From Malacoraja senta (lineage: Eukaryota), in assembly GCA_038087875.1 (NCBI GenBank), contig CM075991.1:4774001-4838000 (forward strand): DNA of 64,000 nucleotides, in the 5' to 3' direction. The first letter of the stretch is position 1; the number at the start of each line of letters is the position of its first letter. The position numbers were made by a program, and so were the translations under genes. Of the stretch, positions 11,070 to 23,169 are shown piece after piece. The notes under the pieces were generated by a model, which worked only from the letters and a program-made list of their open reading frames with translations, ran no database searches and was not told the DNA's origin.

Positions 11070-12690
11070 AGAATTCTGAGGGATAAGATAATCATACATT
11101 TGGATAGACAGAGATTGATCTTGGATAGTCAACATGGTATTGTACTTAGAGATGGTTTCTCACTTTTTTTGAATAAGTAATCAAGAAAGTAGAGAAAGGC
11201 AAGGCCACAGACATTGTCTATATAGACTTCAGCAAGGCCTTTAAGGTTCCATGTGGTCGGCTGCTCTGGAAGGTTAGCTTACATGGCAAACAGGGAAAGC
11301 TAGCTGCCTGGATACTGAATTAGCTCCTGACTGAGATTTTTAGTTTTTTGTTGGCCATGAGTGAAGTGTCAGATGACTGGAGGACAGAAAATATAGTACA
11401 ATTTTTCATGAAGGGCATTAGGGCTAACCCAGGTACTTACATGCCTGACAGTCAATGGTAGAGAAATAAACGAGTTCGGTATTCCGACTGCGCATGCCCA
11501 GGTCATAGGTCACTGAAGATAAACATTGGAGGGTGCGGATCGGCTATGTGTTTTCTTTGGTCATCAGACCTTTGTTTCCGTGAGTGCTTTCTGCTTCATG
11601 CTGCTCCGTGAGGTCGGGGTCCATGGTAAGGTTTGGGCGTGGGTGTCCGGCGCCACGGGCATCGCCGAGCCGCTGCTGGGCCGTCCCCCCCCCCCCCCGG
11701 CTGCGGGTGAGGCGCAGGTCTGTGCGCTCTCTCCCGTCTCCCACTGGTATCTGCCCCCTCTCTCTCGCTGTTACACCCGCTCTCCCACTACCTCGTACCC
11801 CGTTCCTCAGATTAAATATATCTTTGCACATAAATCATGAATAAAGATAATAATGTACATACAGTTTATGCAGCCAGTGCTTTGTTCGCTTTTTCTTTAT
11901 AGCCAGCGACCTTTGACAAATCCCATGATTCCCTGCATGTTTCGGAATACCGAACTCACTTATTGTTGGCAAAATTTTGAGAGACAATTATTCTGCACTT
12001 GGAAAAGCAGGGGTTAATCCGACATATCAAGGCATTAAGGAGAGATCCTGTCTGACAAATTCGATTGCATTCTTCAAATGGGTAACTCATTAATTGATGA
12101 GGGCAATGTAATTGATGTAGTTTGCATGCACTTCTCCAAGGCATGTGGCAAGTACGAGGAAGTCCATTTCAAATGATCCAGAGCAAGTTCAATCCAAAAT
12201 TGGCTTGGGAATAGGAGGTATCAAACAGCTGTTTTTCTGATTCCAGGGATCAATGCTGGGACTCTTGCTATTCGCCATGTATCTGCATGTGAATGTTGGA
12301 GATGTAATTAATAAGTTTGCATATATTTTGAAAATCAGTGGTGGGGTTGATATTGAGGAGGATAATAGGCTCGAGGATGGTGTAGATAAGTTGGTAAGAT
12401 GGGCACAGCAATTGGAAATACAATTTAATCTTAAAGCGTGAGGTGATGCATTTTGGAAGGACTACTGAGGGAGGGGCCATGCACAATGAAAAGGAGTATT
12501 GAGGTACACTGGAACCTTGCTGCACAGCTCCATGATCTCCTGTAGGTGGCAGCAGAGGTAGATAGGTGGTGAAGAATGCATATGGGATAGTTACCTCCTT
12601 CGCTGGGGAATAGAATATAAGGCCACAGCTGGATTACTGTGTTCAGTTCTGGTCATCACACTAAAAAGGAGATGTTTGCTATGGAGAAGG
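11070..12690 (+). mobile_element. Degenerate CR1 RT fragments, interrupted by a MITE
   Basis: Remnants of CR1 RT motifs (DIVYIDFSKAF at ~11210, NKFA at ~12310, gattactgtgttcagttctggtc at ~12632). More than one fragment is likely. Confidence 0.6.
11469..11960. mobile_element. Non-autonomous DNA transposon (MITE) with 16-bp perfect TIRs
   Basis: gagttcggtattccga (11472-11487) is the reverse complement of tcggaataccgaactc (11942-11957). TA flanks both sides (11467-68, 11961-62), the interior is GC/CpG-rich, and the flanks rejoin as CR1 sequence. Confidence 0.75.
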
Positions 12691-12744
12691 TGGATATGAT
12701 GTATGAGACAAACGCAGTGTGATCATGACCATTCATATTTCACA

Positions 12745-13045
12745 TTTTAGTTTAGTTTAGAGATACAGCGCGGAAACAGGCCCTTCGGCCCACTGAGTCC
12801 GCACCAACCAGTAATCCCCACACACTGACACTAGTCCTACACACACTGCGCACAATTTACATTCATACCAAGCCAATTAACATTGAAACCTGTACGTCTT
12901 TGGAGTGTGGGAGGAAACCGAAGAACTCGAAGAAAACCCACTCAGGTCACGGGGTAAATATACAGACAGCACTAAGTCGGAATCGTACCAAGGACCCGGG
13001 TCTCTGGCGCTGTAAGGCAGCAACTCTACCGCTATGCCACCTTGC
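12745..13045 (-). mobile_element. HE1-like tRNA-SINE, near full length
   Basis: (tttag)n tail, agagatacagcgcggaaacaggcccttcggccc 3' part shared with CR1 ends, and tRNA-like head ...gtaaggcagcaactctaccgctatgccacc. Confidence 0.85.
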
Positions 13046-13744
13046 CGCTCTTCCTTCATATGTTTTTTTTATAAAGTAAAGAATTGTATCACATTGCACC
13101 ACAGGTATAAATGGAATAAAAGGTTCCATTGTTTTGTTCCGTCTTCCATACTCCGTGTTTGGCTTTACCTACTACTTTGCCACTCAGTCTATTCCCTGCT
13201 CTCTGATTGTGTTTGCTAATACTAGCTGGTAGTTGGCCGTTCATCTTGCTTTCTTTGGACCCATCGGACAATTTTTCCTTCCCAACCCCATTATCCCTTC
13301 TCAACCGCATTCTCCTGCCTTCTTCCCATAACCTTTGACACTCGAGAACCTATTAATCACCACTTCCAAATGACCCTAAACCAGTTAGGAAATTGATCCT
13401 GGTAATTAAGTCTGTACTGATTGGGAATTAGCTGGTTTGTCAATCTTGAGACTGGACTGGACCATTGGTCATAAGACACACAAACAGCCATTTTGTCTCA
13501 TTTGAATCTTTCATCCAACTATTAGTTTTCATCTGCTTATCTATCTTCTCACACTCGTTGGTAAAATAGTTGCCTCTGAATTCCTTTTTTAATTCATTGG
13601 CGATCATCTTATAATGGTACCTTATTCACCTACTTGAAACTTCAAGAACCAGCACATGAGGATATTATTACGTGGATCTGTTTGGAGGAGCAATGCGAAG
13701 ACCAAGGATCCAAAAGGAGATAATGTGCTTCAAGAATATGACAG

Positions 13745-13920
13745 AGGCATTTAAGACACTTTTAGATAGGCACATGGATGTGAAGTGAATGGTGGGATAT
13801 GGGTCACGTTCAGGTGGAGAAGATTAGTTTAACTTCATTTTGCATCATTTTTTGGCATATATATAGTGGGAAGAAGGGTTTGTTCCTGAGTTCTAGTGTT
13901 CTATGTTTTATGCTCTATGA
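13745..13920 (+). mobile_element. CR1 LINE 3' end fragment
   Basis: gaggcatttaagacacttttagataggcacatggat...ttctatgttttatgctctatg tail. Confidence 0.7.
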
Positions 13921-15139
13921 AGAGAATAATTAAATGAACAGCATTTGCTCATAAAGCTGCTTTGGCTGAACCAAAGCAGGAAAATTCATAGAATTTGTAC
14001 CATGTTTACTGGAAAGGAATTGTGCCATATTGTAGGATGAACCCCAAACATGAAGTGTCAGAGGGTACGTGATAATTGTCTCTCTGTGACCATCAGGCAA
14101 GCTGCAGTAAGCATTCAGTTTAAGGCTTTCAGCCCAACGTACAGATGAATAATGCTGTGGGAGGTAACTAGGTTTATTTTAAGCATTTAGAACTTTCACA
14201 AACACAGTGTACTTGCTGCTTAGTCACAGTGTTCCCTTGTGTTAATTTTCGGATGATGATTTCACAGCCTTAAAGTAAGCCGTTCTTGGGAGTATGTCAG
14301 TACTCAGGGAAGCCCTTTATCTTGTTCCCAAGGTGATGGCTAGTTAATTTATGCTCAAATGATTTGTCACTGGGATGAGCCAGGAACTCCCTCCTCCACC
14401 CCACACAACTACTCCCACACAGACACATTGAAGCTGCATAACTAATTGGATTTCCTTCCACCTACAAGGTATAGCCTTCTCCTTCTGTTCACTGCCTGAC
14501 ACCTCCTTGGCATCACTGTTTTAGAAATGTCACCATCCTGGAATCGGCCAACTCTTATTTTCTAAAGTTAACAAATATATTCTTGCATTTACCCTTTGAG
14601 AACCAAAGTACTTTAAAAAAAAGTACTTAAAACTCTGGCAGTACAGTTTCAATATTTTAGATCATGAGACTAAAATACAGTGTTTGTGGGGGCGGTGTGA
14701 TCAGATGTAACTGGCATTTCACAAATTAATACTGTGTATAAGATGTAAATCATAGCATTGATCTAACACTGGGAATTACAGAGAATTACTTTTGGAAATA
14801 ACTCCTTTGAGAATTTCACATAATTTCAACATTTATGAAACATTTTGCAAATAGGGGATAAAACTGTTTGCTATCAACCAGTAGAGATGGAAAAATATAA
14901 TGCATTATTTTTCTACATTTTTGGGATGTGGGTGTTACAAGTAAAGCAAATATTTATTGCCCCATTCCTAGTTGCCCTTGAGAAGATGATGCCAAGCCAA
15001 CTTAGTTGTAGTCATACAGCACCGAAACATGGCCTTCAGCTCAACACGTCTATGTTCAAGATGTCAATCTACACTAGTCCCATTTGCCCCATATCCCTCG
15101 AAACATTTTATATCCACTTATCCATCCAAATGTATTTTA

Positions 15140-15350
15140 CAGTGCCCTCCATAATGTATGGGACAAAAACCCATCATTTATTTATTTGCCTTTGCACTCC
15201 ACAATTTGCGATTTGCAATAGAAAGAATCACATGTGGTTAAAGTGCACATTTTCAGATTTTATTAAAGGCCATTTTTATAAATTTTGGTTTCACCATATG
15301 GAAATTACAGCTGTACATAGCACCCCCCCCCCCCCCCCCCCCCCATTTTC
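15140..15350 (+). mobile_element. Tc1/mariner-type DNA transposon left-end fragment
   Basis: TA|CAGTGCCCTCCATAATG... is a Tc1-like terminus with a TA target. It adjoins a minus-strand CR1 end (15005-15137). No right TIR found. Confidence 0.55.
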
Positions 15351-15487
15351 GCAAATTGGAAATTTATCTGTCATGAGGGAATTCCCTCTTGATGTTCTCT
15401 TCCAAACAGCGGATCAATACTAGAGATCTTTGCTGCAATGGGTTTTTGTACAATTGTCTTGAGTTGCTTGAGATACAAAATTTAGTG

Positions 15488-16398
15488 GGATGATACAATA
15501 GTTAGTGGTTTTGCAGATAGTGAAGATGGTTGTGAAAGATTGCTGCAGGATCTGGATCGATTGGCCAGGTGGCCAGAGGAATGTTTGATGGAATTTAATA
15601 CAGAAAAGTGTGAGGGTGCATTTTGGGACGCTGAAAAAAGGGCAGGACCTACACAGTTATATGGTAGGCCTCTGGGTGGTGTTGTAGAGCAGAGGGATCT
15701 AGGAGTACATGTGCTTGGTTCCTTGAAGGTCGAGTCGCAGGTAGATAAGGTGGTCAAAAAAGCTTTTGGCACTTTGGCCTTCATCAGTCAGAGTATTGAG
15801 TATCGAAGTTGGGAGGTCATGTTGCAGTTGTATAAGACGTTGGTCAGACCGCATTTAGAATATTGTGTTCAGTTCTGGGTACTATATTATAGGAAAGATA
15901 TTGTCAAGCTTGAAAGGGTTCAGAAAAGATTTACAAGGATGTTGCCAGGACTAGACGGTGGGAGCTGTAGGGAGAGGTTGAGTCGGCTGGGTCATTCCAT
16001 GGAGTGAAGGAGGTTGAGGCGAGATCTTATAGATGCATACAAAATCATGAGAGGAATAGATCTGGTAGATGCACAGTCTTTCCCCTAGAGTAGGGGAATC
16101 GAGGACCAGAGGACATAGGTTCAAAGTGAAGGGGAAAAGATTTAATAGGAATCCGAGGGGGTAATATTTTCACACAAAAGGGTGGTGGGTGTATGGAACA
16201 AGCTGCCAGAGGAGGTAGTTGAAGCTGGGACTATCCCATCGTTTAAGAAACAGTTAGGCAGGTACATGGATAGGACAGGTTTGGAAGGATATAGACCAAG
16301 CGCAGGCAAGTGGGACTAGTGTAGCTGGGACATTGTTGGCCGTGAGTTAGGCCGAAGAGCCTGTTTCGACACTGTTTCACCCTATGATTCTATAACTA
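15488..16398 (+). mobile_element. CR1 LINE, 5'-truncated (RT C-terminus and 3' end)
   Basis: ORF 15540-16007: LQDLDRL...FNTEKC...RDLGV...LYKTLVRPHLEYCVQFW...LERVQKRFTRMLPGL, typical CR1 ORF2, followed by the 3' tail. Confidence 0.9.
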
Positions 16399-16727
16399 TA
16401 GACAATATGATGAAAAGGTAATTATCTTGTCACTTCATTTTATATTTAAAAAAAACATGTCCTTGTTATAAATCAGCCTATACTAATTCACTGGCAGAGG
16501 ACAGGGAATTATTTGCAAGCTCATTTGCATGATTGGCAGGAAAATAATCTTGGTTTTCTGTTCAAAGAGATGTTGCCATGGGTTCAGGATGCAGTTATTG
16601 GATGAACATAATGGGGACCACAAAGACAGATGGGAAACAAAATGGAAAGATAAAAAAGATGAAGAGATGCAGTCTGGGCTAGGTTTGACTCAGCAACTGA
16701 AGATGTCCACAAGCAGTTTGTATTTTC

Positions 16728-16995
16728 AGTTTTAGTTTAGCTTAGATATATTGCTCAGAAACTGGCCCTTTGGCCCCCTGAGTCCAGATCAACCGCGATC
16801 ACTTGTTCACACTAGTTCTATGTTATCCTACTTTCACATCCACTCCCTGCACACCAGGGGCAATTTACACAGACCAGTTAACTCATAAACCTGCATGTCT
16901 TTGGGATGTGAGAGGAAACCGGAGCTCCTGGACGAACCCCACGTGTTCACAGGGAAAACGTACAGACTACAAAGACCCACTGTGTACCCATTGTG
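16728..16995 (-). mobile_element. HE1-like SINE, degenerate
   Basis: agttttagtttagcttag tail and ...ctgcatgtctttgggatgtgagaggaaaccggagc body. Confidence 0.7.
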
Positions 16996-17049
16996 CCACT
17001 TAAATTTATTGGTGGGGTGTGAAAAAATGCATTTAAGGAGAAGGTTTGT

Positions 17050-18080
17050 ATTAGTTAGTTGGCATCCATCTGCGAGAGATGATGGTGCAGCTTTGATGTT
17101 CTCCTGTTTGGAGAGGGGAATGTTTCATCAATGGTTGCATTTCCTGTGGCTGACTAAGGCTATCCTTGACAGGCCGACCCTCCCACAGCTTTCGCAGGTG
17201 ACGTTGTCTCTGGACGTTGGATTGGCATTGATCATTTTGTGGCATTAGCGCCTGGCCTCCAGCTTCTTGAACCGTATGCTGATGTCATGCTTTGTACCTA
17301 CCTGGAGTTCCACCACCGCTCCTCAGTAGTTGCTTCCCAGCTGTCAGTGCCAGCATTAAAATTTGTCATATCTCTTTTAATCATATCTTTGCAGCAAAGT
17401 TTTGGTCTTTCTCTTGGCCTCTGCATTCGCGTCCTCCCCATTTAGCACATCTTTGGGGACGCGTCCATTTACCATCATATGTAAATGTCCAAGCCAGTGG
17501 GGACGCTTCTGCTTGAGGATCGCAGAGATGCTTGGCATGTTGGTCAGGGAGAGGACCAATTCATTGGTGAAACTGTCCTGCTATGAAATTCCTAGGATAT
17601 TCATGAAGACAGCGGAAATTAAAATCATCAGTTAGGTACATCGTCCAAGCTTCACTGCTGTACAGTTACCTGTTCAACACGCATGCTTTGTAAACAGTTG
17701 TCTTGACTGAGTTTTCTATTCTTCCATGACTACTTGGTTAGCCGCCCGAAGGTGGTCGCTGCCTTGCTTATACGGGTGTTGATTTCCTCATCCAGAGAGA
17801 GACTATCAGTCACCATAGATCGTAGGTAGGATGATTTCGGGAAGGGGGGGGGGGGGAATGGAGTGCCCTGACCCATGATAACAGTCTTAATGCTGCTTAT
17901 CAGTCGATTATCGTTGTAATCATGAGACCGTCTGTCCATCAACTTCTGAAGACCTTCCATTGGGGCAATGAGTGCAGCATCATCAGCACACAGGAGTTCC
18001 CTTCAAAGCACAATTCTCACCTTCATCTTGGCTTCCAACCTTGCTAGATTGATGAGCTTCCCATCGCTTCTGGAGTCAAA
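17050..18080 (-). mobile_element. RTE-clade LINE RT/C-terminal fragment, decayed
   Basis: Minus-strand peptides ELLCADDAAL, SLDEEINTRISKAATTFGRLTK and ILKQKRPHWLGHLHMM..RVPKDVLNGE are typical of RTE ORFs. Confidence 0.8.
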
Positions 18081-18208
18081 TGCATTTAAGTAGTTGGTTT
18101 GCATTAGAACAAACAAATTTGTGATTCTGATCCTGGAGTAATGGGTAGTTGTGGTGGAAGGGATTAACACCCAATAATGCATTCAGTGGATCACCACGTC
18201 ACACATCA

Positions 18209-18635
18209 TTAATGGTTACCTAACCTTTGCCAAACAAGTCTATGACCCTTGACTTTGGAAAAACAAAAGCAGAGATTATTCCATGGATAAAGATGAGATA
18301 TTAACATCTTTGATGTGGACCGGGAAAAATTCATGTTCACTGGTGATCAATGAAAAGCCAAGGCAAATAAGTTGTGTTTCCAAACAAGCATGCTCAACAA
18401 GCATGAAATGGCGTTGTCATTGGTGGTAGGAGGAGCACCTCCTTGGAGGTAACCACGTATAGGAGAGGCAGGAAGATTATACAGAAGGTAGTGAAAAGAG
18501 GAGAGTGAAAGCGAAGGGAGCTGAGAGTAAAATTTAAAATCAGTTAATGGTTACTTAACCTTTGCCAAACAAGTCTATGACCCTTGACTTTGGAAAAACA
18601 AAAGCAGAGATTATTCCATGGATAAAGATGAGATA
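18209..18635. repeat. 92-bp direct repeat (one mismatch) separated by 243 bp
   Basis: 18209-18300 and 18544-18635 differ only at ttacCtaacc versus ttacTtaacc. Confidence 0.9.
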
Positions 18636-19499
18636 AGTTGTTGCTTACAGCAGACAGTAATGTTAAATTAAATGGCATATTTAAAATAATGTGCTTATCA
18701 TTGGGACATTTTTGTTAGTTAAATTAGAAACACTGTTCCTTAAGTTAAAGCTCTGTATATTTCTGCACTCTGCTTTCAATGAGAAAGAAAGCAATGCTGT
18801 AGCTGCAGGTTATTTCACACAGGCAGCTCATGTCACTCAGTGGACTTTTCAAGCAGCAGTGCAGTATGCACCATATTCAAATACTGTATGTACTGTGCAA
18901 AATCTGTACATTCTCACCTGTCAAAACTGTTCAGCTGTGATTCTTTTTTTATTATTGTCATTAATGGCTATAGTTGGTTCTGAGTAAACAGCCTGAAGGT
19001 AAAAGCAAACTAAATTAGCAGCAATTTATTTGTGTGTTGGCAATGATGAAAATTAAAAAGATATTTATAAATTTGCTGCAGTGGGTTATTAAATTATAAT
19101 AATGGCCAATTTGTCATGAATCCAGTTACCAGAATATCAACTGGAGCTCCTATAAAAAAACATTTTAATTTAATTTGTATTCTATTTTTGATGTGTTTTC
19201 TTTAAAGAAGTCTATAGCTTGTTTAAAGTCTGGCACCTCTACTGATTGTTAAAGAGCTGGCATGAGAGCTGCCAAAGCTGGGATGCCACATTATTTCTCT
19301 GGGATGGCTCTAGGTATCCAAACGATAGTAACAAAAGTCTCTGGTTATTGTGTTCATTCAAATTTTCAAGAATGGATTCAATGGATTTTAATTAAATGCA
19401 TAGATCAAGGAATATGGAGCAAAAGTGGGTGAATGGAGTTGGGGTCCAGAGAGGAATTATTTATTTGAATGGGGAAATGCACTCATGGGGGCAAAATGA

Positions 19500-19625
19500 C
19501 CAGGGAGTGGATAAGAAAGTGGGATAACATAGAACTAGTGTGAACGGGTGATCAATGGTTGCCGTGGACTTGGTGGGTCGAAACAACCTGTTTCCATGCT
19601 GTATCTCTAAACTCTAAACTAAACC
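19500..19625 (+). mobile_element. HE1-like SINE 3' half
   Basis: gtgggataacatagaactagtgtgaacgggtgatc...ctgtatctctaaactctaaactaaa. Confidence 0.7.
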
Positions 19626-20049
19626 TACTCTTGTGATTATTTCATAAACCATATTACCACAAATTAGAAAGTCATAGCATTGCTATTGCTGGTCAAACTA
19701 AAAATGCCAACATCTCTTGTTCATCTGGCAATACCTGATTTTATCACTCACTGACCAAATTCTCCTTTGAAAATCTTGGCTGCTGATTTTGGGTTCTCCA
19801 CCCAAGCAAATGATTCATCTATATCATATTAAATCCCTTTTTATTTTTAATATTGAATTAACTTCTCAATGGTTTAAACTCAAAGCAATGAACACTTTGT
19901 TCTCATACTTTAATCCTTTGAGTCACAGTGAATTTGCATTGCAGCCCTCCAAGGTTAAGATTGCTTGTCGTTTGGTGCATTAGCTAGAATGCAAACACTT
20001 CGGATGGCCTCTTGTACATCAGAAACCCCGTTTCCTCCTTTTGATATTC

Positions 20050-20405
20050 CATGGAAATAGGCATTTCGGCCCAACTTGCACACACCGACAAACATGTCCC
20101 ACCTGCTTTCATTTGGCCCATATCCCGCTAAACCTATCCAATCCATGTACCTGCCTAAATGTTTCTTGAGGCAGATGGTACATGCCTCAACTACCTTCTC
20201 CGTCCACTCATTCCATACACCCACCACCCTTCATGTAAAAAAAGTTACCCCTCACATTCCTATTAAATCTTTTCCCTCTCACCTTAAACCTATGTCCTCT
20301 GGTTCTTGATTCGCCGACTTTGGGCAAGAGACTCTGCGTTCACCCAATCTTTTCCTCTTATGATGTTGTACACCTCTAAAATCGTCCTTCATCTTTTTGC
20401 ACTCT
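20050..20405 (-). mobile_element. CR1 LINE 3' fragment
   Basis: ORF 19955-20227(-) VGVWNEWTEKVVEA...KKHLGRYMD matches the CR1 ORF2 C-terminus. Confidence 0.8.
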
Positions 20406-20516
20406 AATTAGTTCTAACTAATTACATTAGTTTAATTATGGGTTGTGTTAGGGTGAATATTTGATCAAATTAAAAATTATAGGAAATGTATATAGAGCGA
20501 TTATGATATGGGTAGC

Positions 20517-20656
20517 TGTAATGTATTCATACATATTCATGTATATGTTAATGAGTTGGTGTTCAATATAAGCAGGGAATGTTGGGTAATAAATCTCTCG
20601 TGATCCAGGCAACCTGCGTGTAAGTTGTTATTCATTCTGCCGTCCGGAATATAACA
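20517..20656 (+). repeat. 5' LTR (140 bp)
   Basis: tgtaatgtattc...ggaatataaca, with TATAA and AATAAA. Matches 26438-26578 with 5 substitutions and 2 small indels by eye. Confidence 0.95.
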
Positions 20657-20660
20657 AAAT

Positions 20661-20678
20661 TGGCGACGTGGATGGGAT
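20661..20678 (+). promoter_or_regulatory. Primer-binding site, tRNA-Ser(GCU)-type
   Basis: TGGCGACGTGGATGGGAT, 4 nt after the LTR. It matches 17/18 of the complement of the vertebrate tRNA-Ser(GCU) 3' end as I recall it (TGGCGACGAGGATGGGAT). Confidence 0.75.
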
Positions 20679-21078
20679 AGAGTTTGTGAACTCATTCTTT
20701 AAATACAGTGCAGGACTGTTTTGCAACATGCAGTATTGTTTAACATTTTAAACAGTAAATACGGAGTTGTGTCGCAGTTGTTTGCAAGCTGGACACGAGA
20801 GGCCACAGATCCTTCTATGCAGGGGACTGTAGTTTAAAACAGTAGCTGAGCAAATTGTCGAGAGTTTGTCAGGCTATCTCTATGTTGTGCCTACGTGGCA
20901 AGATGCCGTCCTTGGGACTGTATAAGATCTTTTTTTTGTCGAGTTCCGCAAGCTGAATAGCCTTTGTTAATGAGTTGGTGAATAGCCGAATAGCCTTTGT
21001 ACAGCTAAGTTTTAGGTGAATTGTTACACCAGAACAGACAGGAAATCGGGGTTTTTGAACGGACTTAAAAAAAAAGAG

Positions 21079-23100
21079 ATGGCTGTGTCCACGGGCTACA
21101 TCGGAAACCTTGGCACTTTTGACAAGAGTAGAGAGCCGTTCAGCTCCTATATGGAGAGCGAACATGTTTTTTCACGGCAAACAACATAATGGAGATTAGT
21201 GGTGAAGGAGGGATAGTGACTGAAACAAATAAAGCCGTTTGCGAACGCTTGAAAGCGATTCTGCTCACGGAGATCAGTCCTGAAGTGTACGGGACACTCA
21301 TGAATCTCCTTGTGCCCATAAAGGCAAATGACGTGCCATTCAATTACATTATGAAGAGGTTGGAGGAGCATTTCAACCCAAAGCCTCTGGAAATTGCAGA
21401 AAGCTATAAATTTGGCACTAGAAACCAGAAGCACCATGTGCTCGTACGAAGTCGATAAAGGGAGACCAAATCAATAAAAATTGGTCTACTATACCTGCTA
21501 GGAGTCGCATTTCTTCAAGATATGCCGTTTCCGACATATTTGAAATCCACATTTTGAGCGTTGGTGTTGGCGCATTCTTCCAAAATTTAAGTATGAGTTT
21601 TTTTGCCGTTATTAAACTGTAATTAAGTAGAGATTTTTGAGACGTATTTAGCTTATTCCCATCTTCCATTGATCCAAAGATAATCCTTTCTGTATTAGGT
21701 TCAATTCTTCTATTAAATAGTTTTGAAAAAATTTCAAAAATTTCATTCCAGAATTTATGAAGTTTTATACAGGAGACAAAAGAGTGTGTTATAGTGGCAT
21801 TCTCAGATAAGCATTTATCACAGATGGGAGAGATATTTGGATAGAATTTGTTCAGTCTAGTTTTCGAGTAGTATAATCTATGTAAAATTTTAAATTGAAT
21901 TAAATTATATTTTGCATTAATCGAACATTTATGTATGTATATCAGGTATTTTTCCCATGTTTCTCTCAAAATTTTTATCTGTAATTCTCGTTCCCAATCT
22001 GCTCTGATTGCCTCTGTCGATGGTGATTCTATATTTAAAATGATATATAAGTATGATATTAAATTGCATGAGTCTGCCTTAATATTCATTGCTTCATCTA
22101 ATGAATCTCGAGTTAGAATTTGATATCGTTGTATGTGTTTTTTCAAATAATCTCTAATTTGAAGGTATTTAAAGTATTGGTTATCTATATCGACTTCTTA
22201 CAAGCATATGGTGCAACACAACCATAGAAATAAAATGGTTCCGAATCAGGTGACGGGAGGCCAGGAACATTAAATAGATATCGCTTTCAATCTCCTTTAT
22301 CCCTTTTTTTTCCTTCTTCTCTATTTCGTCTCTTTCTCTTTCTCTTTCTATTTCTTCTTCTCTCTTCTCTCGGGCTATCTTTCAATTTCACGCAACACTC
22401 TATATCAATCTCTTCTTTTCTCCCTTTCTCCCTTACTCTTGCTTTATTATTAAATTAAAAATAAGAAGTTGTATATGAAATGTACATGAAATGCATATGA
22501 AATGTAATATGTCAACAAGTATTAGGTACCACATTATTGTACTTCTAACAAAAATAAATTTAAAAAATATTTTTTTTAAAAAGAAACCAGAAGCAGAATG
22601 AGACAATCAATGAGCACATTGTTGCATTGAAAAACATAACTGTGCACTGTAACTTTGGAACCATTCTCGGACGCGCACTACGCGACAAATTTGTTTGTGG
22701 TCTAGTGGATGAACAAATTCAGTCCAAAATCATGAACACTTCAGATCTTACATTCGAGAAAGCATGCAAGATTGCGACCACAATGGAGATGGCATCAAAG
22801 AATGCTCGCGTGTTTCGTCCACCACGGCCTGCAGTAGCCATTTACAGTCACAAGGCAGAGGCACTAAACCAAAACCAAAGTATGGTGGGGAGCCGAGTTC
22901 AGCCAGTTGTTATCGTTGCAACGATAATCACTCATCCCAATTTTGGCAGTTCAAAATGGCCAAGTGCTATAACTGCCAGAAGAAAGGCCATATCGTCTCA
23001 GCATGTCGGGCCAAGCTTAAAACAGGAAACCAACAATCTGCGGGAATCAAGCGACAACACCAGAGAGGAGTTCCCAACTTGGAGATGAACCCAGATGGAA
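21079..23100 (+). pseudogene. gag: Gypsy gag, interrupted at 21434-22581 and frameshifted
   Basis: MAVSTGYIGNLGTFDKSREPFSSY..., ...LEEHFNPKPLEIAESYKFGTRNQK | QNETINEHIVALK...LRDKFVCGL..., and knuckles CYRCNDNH and CYNCQKKGHIVSAC. Confidence 0.85.
21434..22581. mobile_element. L1/Tx1-type LINE 3' end with inverted 5' segment and 14-bp TSD
   Basis: TSD agaaaccagaagca at 21420-21433 and 22582-22595. 21434-~22187 encodes the ORF2 C-terminus on the minus strand (IQFKILHRLY...CDKC...HSFVSC). 22188-22581 carries the last codons (IDFLQAYGATQP*), 3' UTR, AATAAA (22553) and A-rich tail on the plus strand. Confidence 0.9.
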
Positions 23101-23169
23101 ATGAACTTGGGTTGTACACCATTTATGCAACCAACATCGATAAGCCTACAACCAGCCAAGGCAAGGACT

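Noticed and set aside
14845..15423. 192-aa ORF
   Set aside because: It runs across unrelated pieces (old repeat, antisense CR1 end, Tc1 end, poly-C) and shows no recognisable domain.
21418..22146. 242-aa antisense ORF as an accessory gene of the LTR element
   Set aside because: It is the ORF2 C-terminus of an inserted L1/Tx1 LINE bounded by its own TSD.
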